64,000 bases of DNA from Eledone cirrhosa (lineage: Eukaryota), in the NCBI GenBank assembly GCA_964016885.1, contig OZ024755.1, forward strand, positions 8,060,001-8,124,000, read 5' to 3'. The translations under genes and the position numbers were made by a program. Positions 13,640 to 28,285 of this stretch are shown in pieces (position 1 is the first letter of the stretch; each line of letters starts with the position of its first letter). The notes beneath the pieces are model-generated. The model was not told where the DNA came from. It saw only the letters and a list, made by a program, of their open reading frames with translations, and did not search any database.

Positions 13640-15660
13640 CTACTCTAAAGTTTGTAAATTCTATCAACACATTAACTAGTTTCTCTTCTGAGCTAATTTC
13701 CAGTTACTTTGAAAAACTAATGTTGCCCCTGGTTGCAGCCTTTCCATCTCACATTCATGTCACTGCCATATCTTATCTTCCTTTTCAATTTCTTTACACC
13801 TAACCCTCAAAATTCCTCTTCACCATTGATGTTAAATTCCCCCTCCCTTGCACTGTTATCTCTCATAATGATCGTTTCTTAGACTTGAGTTCTTCCTTGT
13901 TTACAGTGTTGTCCTTAAACCCAATTCACTCACTTCTCTACATTGTAAAACTTGTCATAACTTTAAACCATTTATCTTCCCTCAGTGAATTTCACCTACA
14001 GTTGAACTCCAACATGTGTTTCCATCTCCACAAGCCTAATACAAGGTGGTTTACAATAAAGTTGGTATAATTTGGGCCCCTTTTTGTCGATTACATTGAT
14101 GCTCAGGTTTTCCCTTTGTTCACTGTCCCTATATGGTTGTTATATTGATACCTGTATCAGTGACACCTCACTCACTAGAGAACAGGTGATTTCTTTTATC
14201 ACTGGCAACACCTTCCACACCTTCGCAAGAATTCACTTCCACTATCTCTGATACCTCCAGTAATTTCCTAGATATTTCTGTTTTTGTCCACATACCCTAC
14301 CACTACAGCTTCGCTTGCTATGAACTCACTCTTATTTCAAATGTTTCTTTCTCTCCCTTGTCACAACCCGCACTCAAAAACCTGCCAGCTCTTTTTCACA
14401 GTTTCTCTGGTTTTGCATCTTTTCTACAATTGTCCTACATTTCTACTAAGTCAGAACAAATACACCACTTTTTTTTTTCTTACAAAGGTATTCCCCAACC
14501 ATTATGGATAATTTCCCATCACTCAAAATAGACTAGTGATTATAGACCTAAAGAAAAGGGCCAGAGGGACCCAGAACAGAAGACAATTTGGCAAAGTAAG
14601 ATAGAAAAGTTAAAAGATCTCTCAGTCAGGAGTAGGAGGAAGATAGAGACTTAAAATTATGAGTTTATGCAAGAAAACCTGATACAAGCAACAAACAAGA
14701 TCTGTTGTTGGTGCAAGGCTCTAAGTTGACAGAAGGTGACTGTGATGGAATAGATTAATAGATGAAGTCATAAAAGCTAAAAGACAGGCCTTGAGAAAAT
14801 GGAAGAAAGGAGTGATCAAAGGGCAGTATTGGGAAGATGGAAGAGAAGCTGGACGCTAGATACACTTAAGCAAGAAAAGTGGAAAGTAAGAGATTGGTTC
14901 ATGTTCTGTGACGTGAAGTGTTCCAGATTATGAAGTAGTGTACCAGTATGAAGCTATGGAATGATAACAGCACAGTTGTCTTCATTGACGTTGGAAAGAA
15001 AGAAGCATGAAAATATTACTATGGGAAGTTACTGATTGAGAAAATGGCACGAGAGGGAGCGGGCTCTACCTCATATAGACCACACCCAGCAAATGGACCA
15101 GCTATTGGTGTAGTGGGATGTTAGACAGGCTGACATAGAAGTTAGACTTCGTATACAATAAATGCAGCAAGTTTTCTTGTGAAATATATGTTCCCAAGTG
15201 CTCATGAGGCCTCAGAGAAGTAGTTGATAACTCCCACAATCTAATTAGTAATGGGTGAGGGTAGAGGTTACATCGTGAGCATAATAGCCAGAGTGTTGGC
15301 AACAAAATAATACTCTCCCTAGTGCAGGATAGATTATATTATACTTGTGTGCGAAGTGTGAGGTTGCATGGTTGTGAGACCATGGCCTCTAATTGCCAAG
15401 ATTTTGCTGGATGTCTAATGTTTGTATTTGTAAATGAATAGATCACAAATGAGCGAAGGGGTTAAAGCCTTGATCTAGGAAAAATCAGAAACAATAAACA
15501 AGCGAGTAGACTGTGGTGATTGTAAAAGTATGACTGTACCAAGTGATCCAGACTGACGAAACACGGAAGATTGAAGAAGACATGAGAAGTAGTGAGAGAT
15601 AGCAAAAGAGTAGTAAGATGTGCTGGAGAATATCCGGATAAATCAGGCAATCATAGAGGG
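13640..15660. mobile_element. Highly decayed LINE-like fragments (both orientations)
   Basis: Strand-biased composition switches at ~14520; only broken coding-like remnants; no intact ORF. Confidence 0.35.
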
Positions 15661-16955
15661 GATAGTGTAAGAATAAAGACGATGATGATAATTACATGAA
15701 TGACCAAGATATACACTCACATATGTCTGTATATATACACACGTATGTCTGTATACATTAACATATATCTGTATATACACACACGTCTATATACATACGC
15801 ATATATCTAATTACATACACTCAGAGAGCTACACACTCAAAATATAGGCAACTCACTATTATGCACATATACACACACTCACACACACACACATACATAT
15901 ATTCTATAGCATTATACAGACATGAAACATACTCGCAACCAGGCATCTATATACATACGTTATGCACACACTCACAGACACACACATACATGGAGACACA
16001 TACACACACATGCACGAGAGCAGTTACTCCGAATACAAAACTGACCCGGTGTAAAGATTTCAATCTCCATCCCTACACTGTTTAAGGTAATCTGAAATTG
16101 CTTTCATATTGTGCCCCCAGGGGCGGCCAAAACCTGATTTCAAATTACCCCTGCACGATATGTTTATTGTATAAAGTTGACGCAGTATGACCGAATGGTT
16201 AAGAAGTTCGCTTCACGATATTTAGGTCCTGGGTTCGATCGCACTGCGAGGCATCTTGTGCTAGTGTCATTTAAGAAAGCCTCGTTTCAACCCATGCCTT
16301 GACGGTGAGAATTACTTAAAGGATACACGTGCCTATGGATTGTGCTCCCACCTACATATGAATTTCATGAGCAGACTGTTCCATTGATCAAACAACTGGA
16401 ATATTTCTCCTTTTCTCCCCCCCCCCCCCCCCTTTCCTCATATTTCCCCCTGGAGTAGCCTGAATTTGATTCGAAATCAACCCCCCCCCTTCTTCAGCTC
16501 CCGTCTCATTTAGATATGATAAATTCTACTGTTCACAGGTCATATGATACGTATATTGTGTAAAACAACATTGTAAGCTAGTCTCAAAATGTTAAAAAAT
16601 AATAAAAAAAATTTGAAAAGCATTTGATTAACCCTCTGTCTTAATATTTTTGTTTTGACTAAAAACCTTTTACTTTGTAAACATCAAAGATTTAGAATTT
16701 TCACTCTCACACACACATATATATTCAAATATAGACATGTTAGTGTGTGTGTATAAATATATATATATATGTGGGTGAAACAGTATGTAAGGTTTATATA
16801 AGGAACTTGTTTTAACGGCTTGTAGCTCCTTCATTCATTCATTTGCTTATATATATATACTTATATATATATATATATAGTGTAGTGTGTGTATGTATAA
16901 AAAAATATATATAGTGTAGTGTGTGTATGTATAAATATATATATATATATATATA

Positions 16956-17512
16956 GAGGGGGGTTGGACAATAATGGAAACAGCTAGCATCAACTATCAT
17001 AATTTTGAAATATCTATAAAACCGTCAAAAGTTTGTTTATTTTTATTGTTCTCGAGGTGGTCATTAAGCTCTGCAGTAATTTTGGGAGCTGTACTTTTGT
17101 GATCCTTTCTAACAATTCGCGTAAGAGTCCGACGGTCCCTATCTGAAAGTTTTGGTTTTCTTCCGGAGTTTTGTATCGACGAGCAGGTTTTTCCCTCTTT
17201 CTCAAAAGCTGGCATTACTTTCGAGACAGTGCTTCTTGATACACCAAACATTTCGGCTGTTTTCGTTACGCTAGCACCTGCCATACGAGCACCAACAATT
17301 TGACCTCTTTGAAAGTCCGATAGATCTGTCATTTTAATGAATCTTAATTACCTTTTTCTGATGATATCTGAAAACAAACACCAATTTTAACAAAACATAT
17401 TAAGCAACACTAATAATAAATCAAAAAAACATAAAATAAACAAGCTTTTGACGGTTTTATAGATATTCCAAATTATGATGCTAGGTGTTTCCATTATTTT
17501 GTCCAACCCCTG
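16956..17512 (-). mobile_element. Internally deleted Tc1 transposon
   Basis: ~90-bp TIRs (GGGGTTGGACA.AATAATGGAAACA); ORF 16997-17332 MTDLSDFQRGQIVGARMAGASVTKTAEMFGVSRSTVSKV..GRKPKLSDRDRR is a paired-like HTH with no DDE domain; inserted in (TA)n. Confidence 0.9.
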
Positions 17513-18112
17513 TATATATATATATATATATATATATAGTGTAGTGTGTGTATGTATAAATATATATATATGTGTGTGTGTTCCACTCTCCAACGGTCGA
17601 ATTAAAAATATTAAAAAATGCAAGCTCACCCAACCTGCATTTGGTTCGCCAGACAGTCTGTTGTTGACGTTATCACGTTGTGTTGTAATATGGTATTGTG
17701 ATATGGTGTAATGGCACTTCCTGTAGCTCAAATGATATTCTTCGTTCAGTTTCGGAGTTTTTTTTTCTCATAGTTTTCTTTTTCAAACAAAATGTTCGTT
17801 TTCCGTTCTTATCTTAAAGAACGGAAATATTAGTTTCAAATACTTAACGATCAAAATATAATTATAAATTCAAACAAAATACATTTAAATACACTTCGAA
17901 TGAGGGTAAAATATATCAATATATTAAAATGAAGGTACCGCAGCTGTAAATCTACCATAATCAGTTTCTGATATAAAAAAAAAAAAAAGAAAATGTAAAT
18001 TTGAAAAATATATTTGTTTTTAAATCAAAATACTTTTAGCAAATTCCGAGTCTCTGATGCCCAAAATATGTTTGAAGTTCTAAAGAGCGTTTTAAAATGG
18101 CATTATATAATA

Positions 18113-18305
18113 ATTGTTTCTACTTTTGGCACAAGGCCAGTAATTAACCCCAGTACATTACTGGTATTTTATTTTATCGACCCCCTAAGGATGAAAGGCA
18201 AAGTTAACCTCGGCGGGATTTGAAATCAGAATGGAAAGGGCCGTAGCTCTATGCGTCAAAGCATGGCGTCCGACTCTCTACCGATACTGCCAATCCACCG
18301 CCCTT
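18113..18305 (-). mobile_element. tRNA-derived SINE (dominant family in the window)
   Basis: Reverse complement of the consensus GGCGGTGGATTGGCAGTATCGGTAGA..GTTCAAATCCCGCCGAGGTTAACTTTGCCTTTCATCC..GTCGATAAAATAAAGTACCAG..GGCCTTGTGCCAAAAGTAGAAAC; about 20 or more full or partial copies in the window. Confidence 0.85.
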
Positions 18306-18597
18306 ATATAATGGCATTAGCATTGCAGGGCTCACTGTAGTATTTTAGGGGCCAATGCTTTGCTTTCAAAAAATACCTGAAATCTAAGAGAAAGAATAAA
18401 ATACAAACAAAATAAAATAAAACAATTAAGCAAAGCATTTGGTCAACCAATTCCCCAGGGAATTACTAGATACCAAAATATACGATAGAGCAAATAGCTG
18501 GAATCAGTAGTTGTACATTCTACTAAATCTAAAGCTATGCATTATGAGCAATAACATTAAGAAAGGCATGAACGTCACCACATGATTTTGTTTTGAA

Positions 18598-18913
18598 AAT
18601 TTTGAAAGTAGGTATATAAGTATGAATTTTCATAAGATGTTCGTAGTTGTCTCTGTGGCCTCGCGGTAGGTGCCAGAGACGGTGGAGATCCTGATCTTGG
18701 GTTCAATTCTGGTCAAGAAGTGCATGTAAACTTTTTCAGTTTTTATTTTACAACCAATAGAAAAAAACTGAAAAGGTTTACAGAGAACACTACTCCCGAC
18801 GAGGATCGAACTTCAGACCAAGATCACCACCGTTTATGACTCCACCAACTAGGCTACCGAGACAACTACGAAAGTATAATGAAAATTGATAATTATAAAC
18901 CTACTTTCAAAAT
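18598..18913. repeat. Diverged fold-back of two convergent tRNA-like (A-box/B-box) units
   Basis: Arms ~18598-18745 and ~18761-18913 are reverse complements; each has A-box-like, B-box-like (GGTTCAATTC / GTTCGATCC) and T-run elements. Confidence 0.6.
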
Positions 18914-19101
18914 CAAAGTTAAAAAGACGCAGAGAAAGTAAGATATTTTTTCCGCAAAAATTTGATTTCACTGTTTTGTTTCCACTTATGTATTTTTCGA
19001 AAATGTTATTTATTCATTATACAAATTAAATGATAGCATTCTATATGTAGGTGGGCTCCCTTCATCTCCTGGCAACCAATATTTTTAGACCCTGTCCGCC
19101 A

Positions 19102-19175
<74 letters not shown>

Positions 19176-19207
19176 GAATTCCCACACTTTTAGATTTGCT
19201 TGTATGT

Positions 19208-19277
<70 letters not shown>

Positions 19278-20065
19278 ATAGATAGGTAGATAGATAGATA
19301 GATAGATAGATACAACATACAAGCAATTCTGAAAATGTGAGAATCCCAAACCCAGTAACTGCAAAAAAAATGTCGCTCACTATAAATAAAAATTTAGAAA
19401 ATCGAGTTAAATACGCACCAGAGAAGGAAAATAAAAGTGGCCAACAGCTTCTACGGAGTATTGAGCTGTAAACACTCGGTTGAAATTTGAGAGACTGCGA
19501 AATCCACTCACCACACCCATAGAAGTCAGTTATAAAAGGTCTTTTACATTACCTTAAATTATATATACCATAATATTGGTATTAAAACTTTCGACCAAAA
19601 AAAGAAGGCAGTTGCAAGAAACCAAATCTAAACTCGTCGTCAGATAATTCCTTCTTGGAAATAAATATCGTATACAATAAACATATCACCCACAACAACC
19701 TTCACCCACCCCACCAAAAGGAAAAAAAAATAACAGTCTCATATATCGACAAAACATATTATATTTTAACTGTATTTCCCACCATACTAGCTCTTCTGAA
19801 CGATTCTCTAAATATATACTATGTCACACAGATGGAGAGAACACTATGTTTACGTGAGAAATCTGGGACGTATCAACAACATCCTACAGTAAAGAAGGGA
19901 AATTTAATATATTAAACATAGTTTCTGATTCAAGCACAAGGCCAACAATCTTTTGTCGTGAGGGATAGTCGATTAAAACGACCCCCGTTACTGGTACTGT
20001 ATTCATCGACCTAGTAAAGATGAACGGCAAAGCTTCCCTCGGCGGGATTTGAACATAACTATAAT

Positions 20066-20256
20066 ATTGTTTCTACTTTTGGTACAAGGTCAGCAATTAC
20101 ACCAGTGCATTACCTGTACTTTATTTTATCGACCCCGGAAGGATGACAGCTAATGTTAACCTCAGCGGGATTTGAATTCAGACCGTAATGGGCCGTAACT
20201 CTATGCCTCAAAGCAAGATGTCCGATCCTCTACCGATACTGCCAATCTACCGCCCT
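20066..20256 (-). mobile_element. tRNA-derived SINE
   Basis: Full-length match to the same family consensus. Confidence 0.85.
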
Positions 20257-20406
20257 TAACTATAATATTGGAAACAATTTCAAAACTCCGAGGTCATCAA
20301 GTATCGAAATGGACGTACAGAGTTTCGATCTCTACCGATGGTATTCCTGGTCCCAGTGTCTGCTAAAATAATTCAAAAACTGTTCTGAGAGTGTTACTTT
20401 TGTTTA

Positions 20407-20593
20407 TATACTCGAATATAAGTCGCCCCACTATTTTATTTCTGAGCAATGGGCAAAAATCTTAACCTTATTTACGGAGAATTTGAAGCTGATGAAAATC
20501 GCCAAAAATTGACCCTGAGTTTAAGTCTACCGATCTTCTACCATCGATGTTTTGATCACATATTCCGCGGCTTATATTTGAGTATATAGGGTA
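20407..20593. mobile_element. Tc1/pogo-type MITE
   Basis: Inverted termini TATACTCGAATATAAGTCG / CGGCTTATATTTGAGTATA. Confidence 0.55.
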
Positions 20594-20795
20594 ACTATAA
20601 ATTCGATTGTTGAGCATAATACAAAACTGTATTACCCCCCCCCCCCCCCCCCATTAACTCCAAAATATATGAAAAGAAACAAACTAGAACAAAACAAAAA
20701 GCCATAACCATTAATACAGTAAAGCTGTTTATAATCAAATTTCTGTTAGCACATTCCTTTTTTTAATCTTTTAATTTGTTTATCCTTACAGGCTG

Positions 20796-21670
<875 letters not shown>

Positions 21671-21875
21671 TAATGATGTCAATGTTTGCTCTGACAACCG
21701 TTCCCATGACAACAGCACCAAACTGTTTTGCCCCCCCCCCTTGTTTACAAGTATTTCAAGAACGCCTTCCCGCATCAATAACGTGATAAAGGTTCCTGTC
21801 TACTGATTCCATGTCACTGATATATCGGTAAACAACATCAGCAGCAGCAACAACAACAACAATCATAACTACAAC

Positions 21876-22044
21876 CAGCGCCGTCGTAACAGCATTATAC
21901 CCCCCCCCCCCCCCCCGGGCAAAGCAGAGCACTGGGGCCCCTACCTACACAACAACTCACAGGAATAAAAATACAAATGGGCCCCCTATCCTCGTGGGGC
22001 CCCCGGGCAACTGCCCAGCGTGCCCATGCGTTAAGACGGCCCTG
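21876..22044. mobile_element. hAT-type MITE
   Basis: TIRs CAGCGCCGTCGTAAC / GTTAAGACGGCCCTG; flanks ACTACAAC / ACAACAAC (7/8 match, TSD-like). Confidence 0.65.
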
Positions 22045-22640
22045 ACAACAACAACTACATCAACAGCAACAACAAAAATAAAAACAATAACCACAACTAC
22101 AACAATATCAATAAAAACAATCACAACTATAACTACAGCAACAACAAAAACAACAAAAACGAACAACAACAACTACAACAACAACAGCAAAAACAACTCA
22201 AACAAAACCAGCAACAACAACAACAGCGACAAACGCAACAACGAGCAACAGCAACAACTACAACAAAAACAGCAAAAAAATAGCAAAAACATCAACAACA
22301 AAAGCAGCACAAACAACAACTAGAACAATAACAAAAACTACAACAAAAACAGAAAAAAAACCAGCAAAAACAACAACAACAACTTGTGCAAACAACAACA
22401 ACAACAAAAACAGTACAAACAGCCAAAAAAAAAAACAGCAAAAACATCAACAACAAAAACTACAAAAACAGCAAAAAACATCAAAAACAGCACAAATAAT
22501 AACAAGAACAACAACAACAAAAACTACAAAAAACAGCACGAACAATAATAAGAAGAAGAACAACAAAAACTACAAAAAAAAAACCCCAGCAAAAAACAGC
22601 AAAAACAATAGCAAGAACAACAGTAACAACAAAAAAAGAT
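22045..22640. repeat. Degenerate (AAC)n / A-rich low-complexity tract
   Basis: Seen directly in the sequence. Confidence 0.9.
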
Positions 22641-23144
22641 CTGATTTGGTATTTGTCACAATCTCATAGCATTCAGCTTTTTAAGTGCCACAGAGAATGA
22701 ATTGAGGTTATAAATACTGTTTATAATATAAGACCTTCAGTATTTCTTGAGATAAGAGGGAAAAGAGAAAACTAAGAACAACAAAGAAAACTCTTGTTTT
22801 TATTTAAAAAAATGTACTACAGCATTAGATTTATTGAAGCTATGTTACTGTTGTTCCATTAACCTTATTCTCAAGACTTACATATTTTAATTAGAGAATA
22901 ACTTACAAATATCGGTCGTTCTCCGACAGGTTTGCAGTCGAGCCTTTAACAGTGGTGGCTTCTGGTGTCCTTGACATTAGGCTCACCTCTCTACTCACCA
23001 GGTTTGCAGTCAAGCCTTAGCAGTGGGTGTTTTCTGGTGTCCTTGACACTAGGGTCAACTCCCTACTCACCAACCATCGAAAACAGTGCTGGCTAGCCGC
23101 ATCAGTGAGCCTCACCTCACCATCCTCCGGGGAAACGCCTTCTT

Positions 23145-23178
<34 letters not shown>

Positions 23179-23646
23179 ACATTATCATCATCATCATCAT
23201 CATCATCGCCATCATTTTCTTCTTTACCTTTTTCTCTTTACACTTTCCCCGTCCCTTCCCCTTCTTTTCCCTCGCCTCTTTCCTTCTTATCTACCCCAAC
23301 ATTATCTTCTCTTTCACTCTTCTTCTTCTTCTTCTCCTCCTCCTCCTCCTCCTCCTCCTCCTCCGCCTCCTTCATCACCATCATCATCTTCTTTACCTTG
23401 TTCTCCTTACCCTTCTCCCCATCACTTCCTATTCTTTTCACTCTCCTCTTCTCCTCTTATCTACCTTATCATTATCTCTTCTTTCACTTATATATTCACC
23501 TACCACGTGACACACGCCACCACTTTGGATTTTTCCACAACGTTCCTAAGCGACTGAGATGTTTCACGATTTATTTTCCACAGAAAATTATTATATATTT
23601 AACTTATTTATACAAATTTGTATAAAACTGCTTTAGTTTAAGATTC

Positions 23647-23850
23647 AACATCATCCATCATCATCCGGCTGCCTCAGCCGAAATGGACTCAATAATTGAT
23701 CTCCACGTGGATCTCTCGTTCATTGTCGTTGCAAAGTCATGGATTTCAATACCAGAATCTCTGGAGATGACATCGGGGTAGGAGAGCTTGCGGCCCTTGT
23801 TATTAGTGACTGTTTGTGGTTTCCAGAGCACTAATGGGGACACAGCCTCT
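23647..23850 (-). mobile_element. LINE 3' end (RTE-like) with (GAT)n tail
   Basis: SPLVLWKP..GRKLSYPDVISRDSG..RSTWRSII; second copy at 28286-28640. Confidence 0.7.
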
Positions 23851-24527
23851 CTGATGTCTGCGACCTAGGCGCCTGTCTAGTTGTCTTTACTAGTAGCCCC
23901 GGCTCTGGATTTGGCTTATATAGGCAACACAGCTGCAGGGACTTATTTTGTAGGGAAGTAGTAGATTTCTTCACAAAAAGTATCAAATTAAATGAAATCA
24001 AGAGCATCTGGAATAATACATCATCATACTATTAGAAAAGAAAGTTAACACTACAGACTTTAAAACTATACACTCAGCATACCGCCAACTGTTTAACTTA
24101 TATGGACTGTTTACCAGAGTGTTTACAAATCACTGAGACTTCCACCATTCAGAGTAACAAATAGGGTCAGATGCGGATGTTCAATAGCCAACTGGTTAAT
24201 ACTGTCTTAGATTCCATCAACCAGAGTAACAAGCAGGGTTTAGAAGCAGATGTTCAATTATCGACTGGTTAATACTGTCTTAGAGTTCCATCAACCAGAG
24301 TAACAAGCAGGGTTTAGAAGCAGATGTTCAATTATCGACTGGTTATGGAGAATATAGACAACTATTGCGTTAAAATGTATGTATGTTTATAGTGACCAAT
24401 GGAAACTGCAAGATCCAGCCAATGTAAGATTGTCACGTCCCAGCCTACACCACTATTAGATCGCTCTGTCTCTCCGACAATGAGGAACGTCTCATGGTCC
24501 CAGTTTTTAGGCTTCATTAATTATAAG

Positions 24528-24720
24528 GGTGGTGGATTGGCAGTATCGGTAGAGGTCGGACACCATGCTTTGACGCATAGAGTTACGGCCCTTGCCATTC
24601 TGAGTTCAAATCCCGCCGGGGTTAACTTTGCCTTTCATCCTTACGGGGTCAATAAAATAAAGTACCAGTAATACACTAGGTAATTGCTGGCCTTGTGCCA
24701 AAAGTAGAAATAATTAATTA
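24528..24720 (+). mobile_element. tRNA-derived SINE, followed by a partial copy to ~24840
   Basis: Full-length match to the family consensus. Confidence 0.85.
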
Positions 24721-25012
24721 TGAGAAAGTTCTGAGTTCAAATCCTGTCGAGGTTAGCTTTGCCTTTCATCTTTACGGGGTCGATAAAATAAAGTACCAGT
24801 AGGGTAATTGCTGGGCTTTTGCCAAAAGTAGAAACAAATAATTATGAGAAAGTCTAAAGCGCGTGGCCTTGTGGTAAAGGTGTTGGACCTACGATCATAA
24901 TGTCGTGGGTTAGGCAGGATATGTCCCGTATAAGTAAGTGTTTCTGTCAGTTAAACAACTTGTAGTTACATTAAATACACAGATATGCATTATTGAACAA
25001 CCTTATATTAAT

Positions 25013-25200
25013 AATGTTTCTACTTTTGGCACAAGGCCAGCAATTAACCCAGTGCATTACTGGTGCTTTATTTTATCGACCCCGTAAGGATGAAAGGCAA
25101 AGTCAACCTCGGCGGATTTGAACTCAGAATGTAAATGGCCACAACTCTATGCTGCAAACATGGTGTTTGACGCTCTACTGATACTGTTAACCAACGGTCC
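25013..25200 (-). mobile_element. tRNA-derived SINE
   Basis: Reverse-complement match to the family consensus. Confidence 0.8.
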
Positions 25201-25982
25201 CATGTTGAATGGTGGCGAATTTGCAGAGTCGTTAGAACGTCGGATATAATGCTTTGCGGAATTCGTTCCGGCTTTCTGCTCTCAAATCCTGCCGAAGTCG
25301 TCTTTGCCTTTCAGCCTTTCGAGGTCGATAAAAAAAGTACCAGTGCAATACTGGAGTCGTTTCTTCCTCTATATCTATTTCTCATTTATTCTTACTCTCC
25401 TTCTCCGAAAGAAATAGGCTCTGTTTATATCTGCAGAGAGGGGGTGCTCTCCGCCATACTTAAAAAAATGCTCAAGAAACGCTGTATGACACTATGACTC
25501 CCCTACGACTCCATTAGGAGTTACATATCACGTTAAAGATGTTCATACAAATATAGAAAATCGTAGTTATGTTATTTTAGGAAACGTCGTCTTAAAACAG
25601 AGAAATGTCTTGCTTTTGATATTTTTTATTCCTTTTGAACATTTCCCTTCGTCGTATTGTTTTGGATTCTATTTATTAGAAAAGAAATAAACAGATACTA
25701 TCTCAAACATATCTAAAAAGTATTGTGAAAAAATAGAAATTCTCAGATCTTTGTTGATAAACGGAAAATACAGAACCATGTGTTGAAGATATACAAACCG
25801 TATATATTTCTCTTTTAAATAATTAATACTTTATATATAAAGAATTTATATATTTTTCTTGAAAGACATTACTCAATGTTTATAAAACATCTATAAAGAA
25901 CGTAACTCAAACATTAAAATAAATTTACTATTTGTTTTGTTTGGGATTTGTGAAATAGTGAGAACGAAGACGCCAGGTTTAA

Positions 25983-26214
25983 CCCTTTAGTTAGCAACCC
26001 GGCCAAAACCGGCTCTGGTTCTATGAAATAAAACCACCCATTTTAAATATTTCCAATTTAAATTAAAATCTTCCAACATAATTTTATATAAGAACTTTAC
26101 ATTAAGTTACTATCTTAGTAATGAAATAACTAATAATTTTAATAAATCCCTCAAAATTCTTCATTAAATAATTAAAATAGAGGGTATTTCATTAGAAATG
26201 CGGTCATGAAAGGG
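25983..26214. mobile_element. piggyBac-type MITE
   Basis: TTAA-CCCTTT...AAAGGG-TTAA (TTAA TSD at 25979 and 26215); related copies at ~41206-41410 and 50141-50582. Confidence 0.75.
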
Positions 26215-26651
26215 TTAAGCTATAAAGTAAAATAATCATATTAACGAAAATTGATACTGATTAATTTATAAATATTATTGAAATATTTAGGTCAAACACC
26301 ATAGTTACTTTGTATTTTGCTGACCTCATAGAGATTCTTTTGTTTATTAGAAGCTTCATTATGTACATAACATTGGTTACATATTAAAATTTTGATGAAA
26401 GCCATAAGGTAGTTCGGCTTTAATGGATTATTTCTTCAATCTATACAAGAATTATTGGAATAAAAAGCATGTGTTATTAGTAATAACCTATAGTGTTATT
26501 AATTATAGTAGTTTTCATTTGAAATTCTCATATTCTTCCAGTTAACAGTCAACTAGAAAGGAGAATACTGTCTACTGAGGCATATTCCAATACATGTGTT
26601 CTACATACAACCATTTTGTAGGAGTGAAAAATGTGAATCCATAGAGGATGC

Positions 26652-27223
26652 TCAGGATTTCCTTTTATATATTGAAAATACTTTTTGTAACAACGTGCTG
26701 CGAGATACAGTATCAACCAAATACTGATATGTCGGTATATTGAGTAAGTATCTGCTGTGAGGTTGTGAGCTTAACGAAACAAGAGCTCTTAGGTTTCGCC
26801 AACGTCGTTTACCAACGCTGACAAGAAACAATTCAAAGCCTGAATCTTTAAAAGCATTAGCCTCGATTAACATTTTTGGTGTAATATTTGTTATTGAAGG
26901 ATCAATGAAAAGAACACCAATTAGACGTCTATAATACACGTCTTTCTCTTCTAGACCTTTTTTATAAAGCATGTCACCCATTCTCTTGATGACTCCAATT
27001 GTACCTGAAGGCTTTATAATTGATATCTCTTTGGTGAAGTTGTAATTCCTTCTTTTACTGAATGGGCTCAGGGGTATACTGTAATCTTCTGGTAAGTAAC
27101 AGTTGGTCACAACGCCAAAATGTCCGGAAGTTTTGTTTGGAAGTAAAGCACCTATAAACTTTAACACCATCTTCGTGCGATACGCTCCAAAATTCAAGTA
27201 GTCGAAACCGAATAACACAGTAT
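26652..27223 (-). CDS. Gene B exon 6 (last): divergent VWA-like domain
   Basis: Acceptor TTTACAG, phase 1; DTVLFGFDYLNFG..LIGVLFIDPS..GFELFLVSVG..SSQPHSRYLLNIPTY; TGA at 26652-26654; aligns by eye to 51610-52214. Confidence 0.88.
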
Positions 27224-27589
27224 CTGTAAATAAATAAATAAATAAATAGATAGATAAATAAATATCAGGTGTGATCATTTGAAGTCATCGATAAATGTTG
27301 ATTTACATACTATATTTCACTCAAGCGTATGACGAACTCCAAAAACTAAAAGGAGTAAAACGATGTATCCTGCGATCCGACTCATAGCTAAAATGATTTT
27401 CCTTTGTATATGTTATAACAGACCCATTTGTTAAAAAAAATAATATTCTGTACTAAGCATTGCTGTCCCGAAAAACATTGAAACGAAGCGTGAGTGTATT
27501 TGAAATTCATAGGAATAATTAAAAAACTTTAACGCAAGGAATAACTTCCAAAACATACATACATACACACACACGTACATACATACATA

Positions 27590-28200
27590 TATGGTGGCTG
27601 CCAACTCGTTTTCGAGTACGGCCACTACTTTATATCCATGTAGGAGAACCCCTACCGATGCGCTGAACGAGTGTGACTTTTTAGTCCAGCCAGCGACTTG
27701 AAAACTCTGGTACAAACACTACACTTGTGACAATTATTGACACATAGTGCTGGGCTCATGGTACCATGTGACGACAAGTGCAGAGAGATCTCCAGATATA
27801 AAGCAATGCCTGTGCCGTGAAGCTTTATAGTGAGCAAAGGCACTGTACAAAGCCAGTCCCACTCTCTTAACCAAGATGATATTTACCAAAAAGAAGAACA
27901 AGTCAACATCATTGGATACCATCAGGGTTGCAGGTGTTATATCAGAGTTTTCCTTCTCCTAGAATTCTGCCTTGACAAAGGCTAAGGGGTCATCTCTTCC
28001 GGTGATTTGGGATGGCCATTGGCTCTTAAGAGCTCCTTTGCCCTTTGGCAGGTTTTGTTTTTAGTCCTGCAGGATGTCCAAAGTCACCTTCCTCACCAAG
28101 AAACCTTGGTGGGGTTGCCAGTTTAGTCGCCAACGACCCGACCATGAGACAGGTTGTACTGGGATACATGTTACCAGTAGCACCAACTGGTGACCTGACA
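27590..28200 (-). mobile_element. ~600-bp non-autonomous RTE-like retroelement, copy 1
   Basis: Near-identical to 34984-35545 and 45100-45676; C2H2 remnant CSVCTRVFKSLAGLKSHTRSAH; (TATG)n at both ends. Confidence 0.75.
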
Positions 28201-28246
28201 TACATACATACATACATACATACATTACACGCACACACACACAAAC

Positions 28247-28277
<31 letters not shown>

Positions 28278-28285
28278 TAGATAGT

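Noticed and set aside
16180-16260. tRNA-like A/B boxes (also near 28745-28820, 48850-48925, 63385-63460)
   Set aside because: These continue into SINE bodies and lack a full cloverleaf; they are SINE heads, not tRNA genes
21994-23625. Thr/Asn/Gln-rich and His/Ser/Pro-rich ORFs
   Set aside because: Derived from trinucleotide repeats; no splice or domain support
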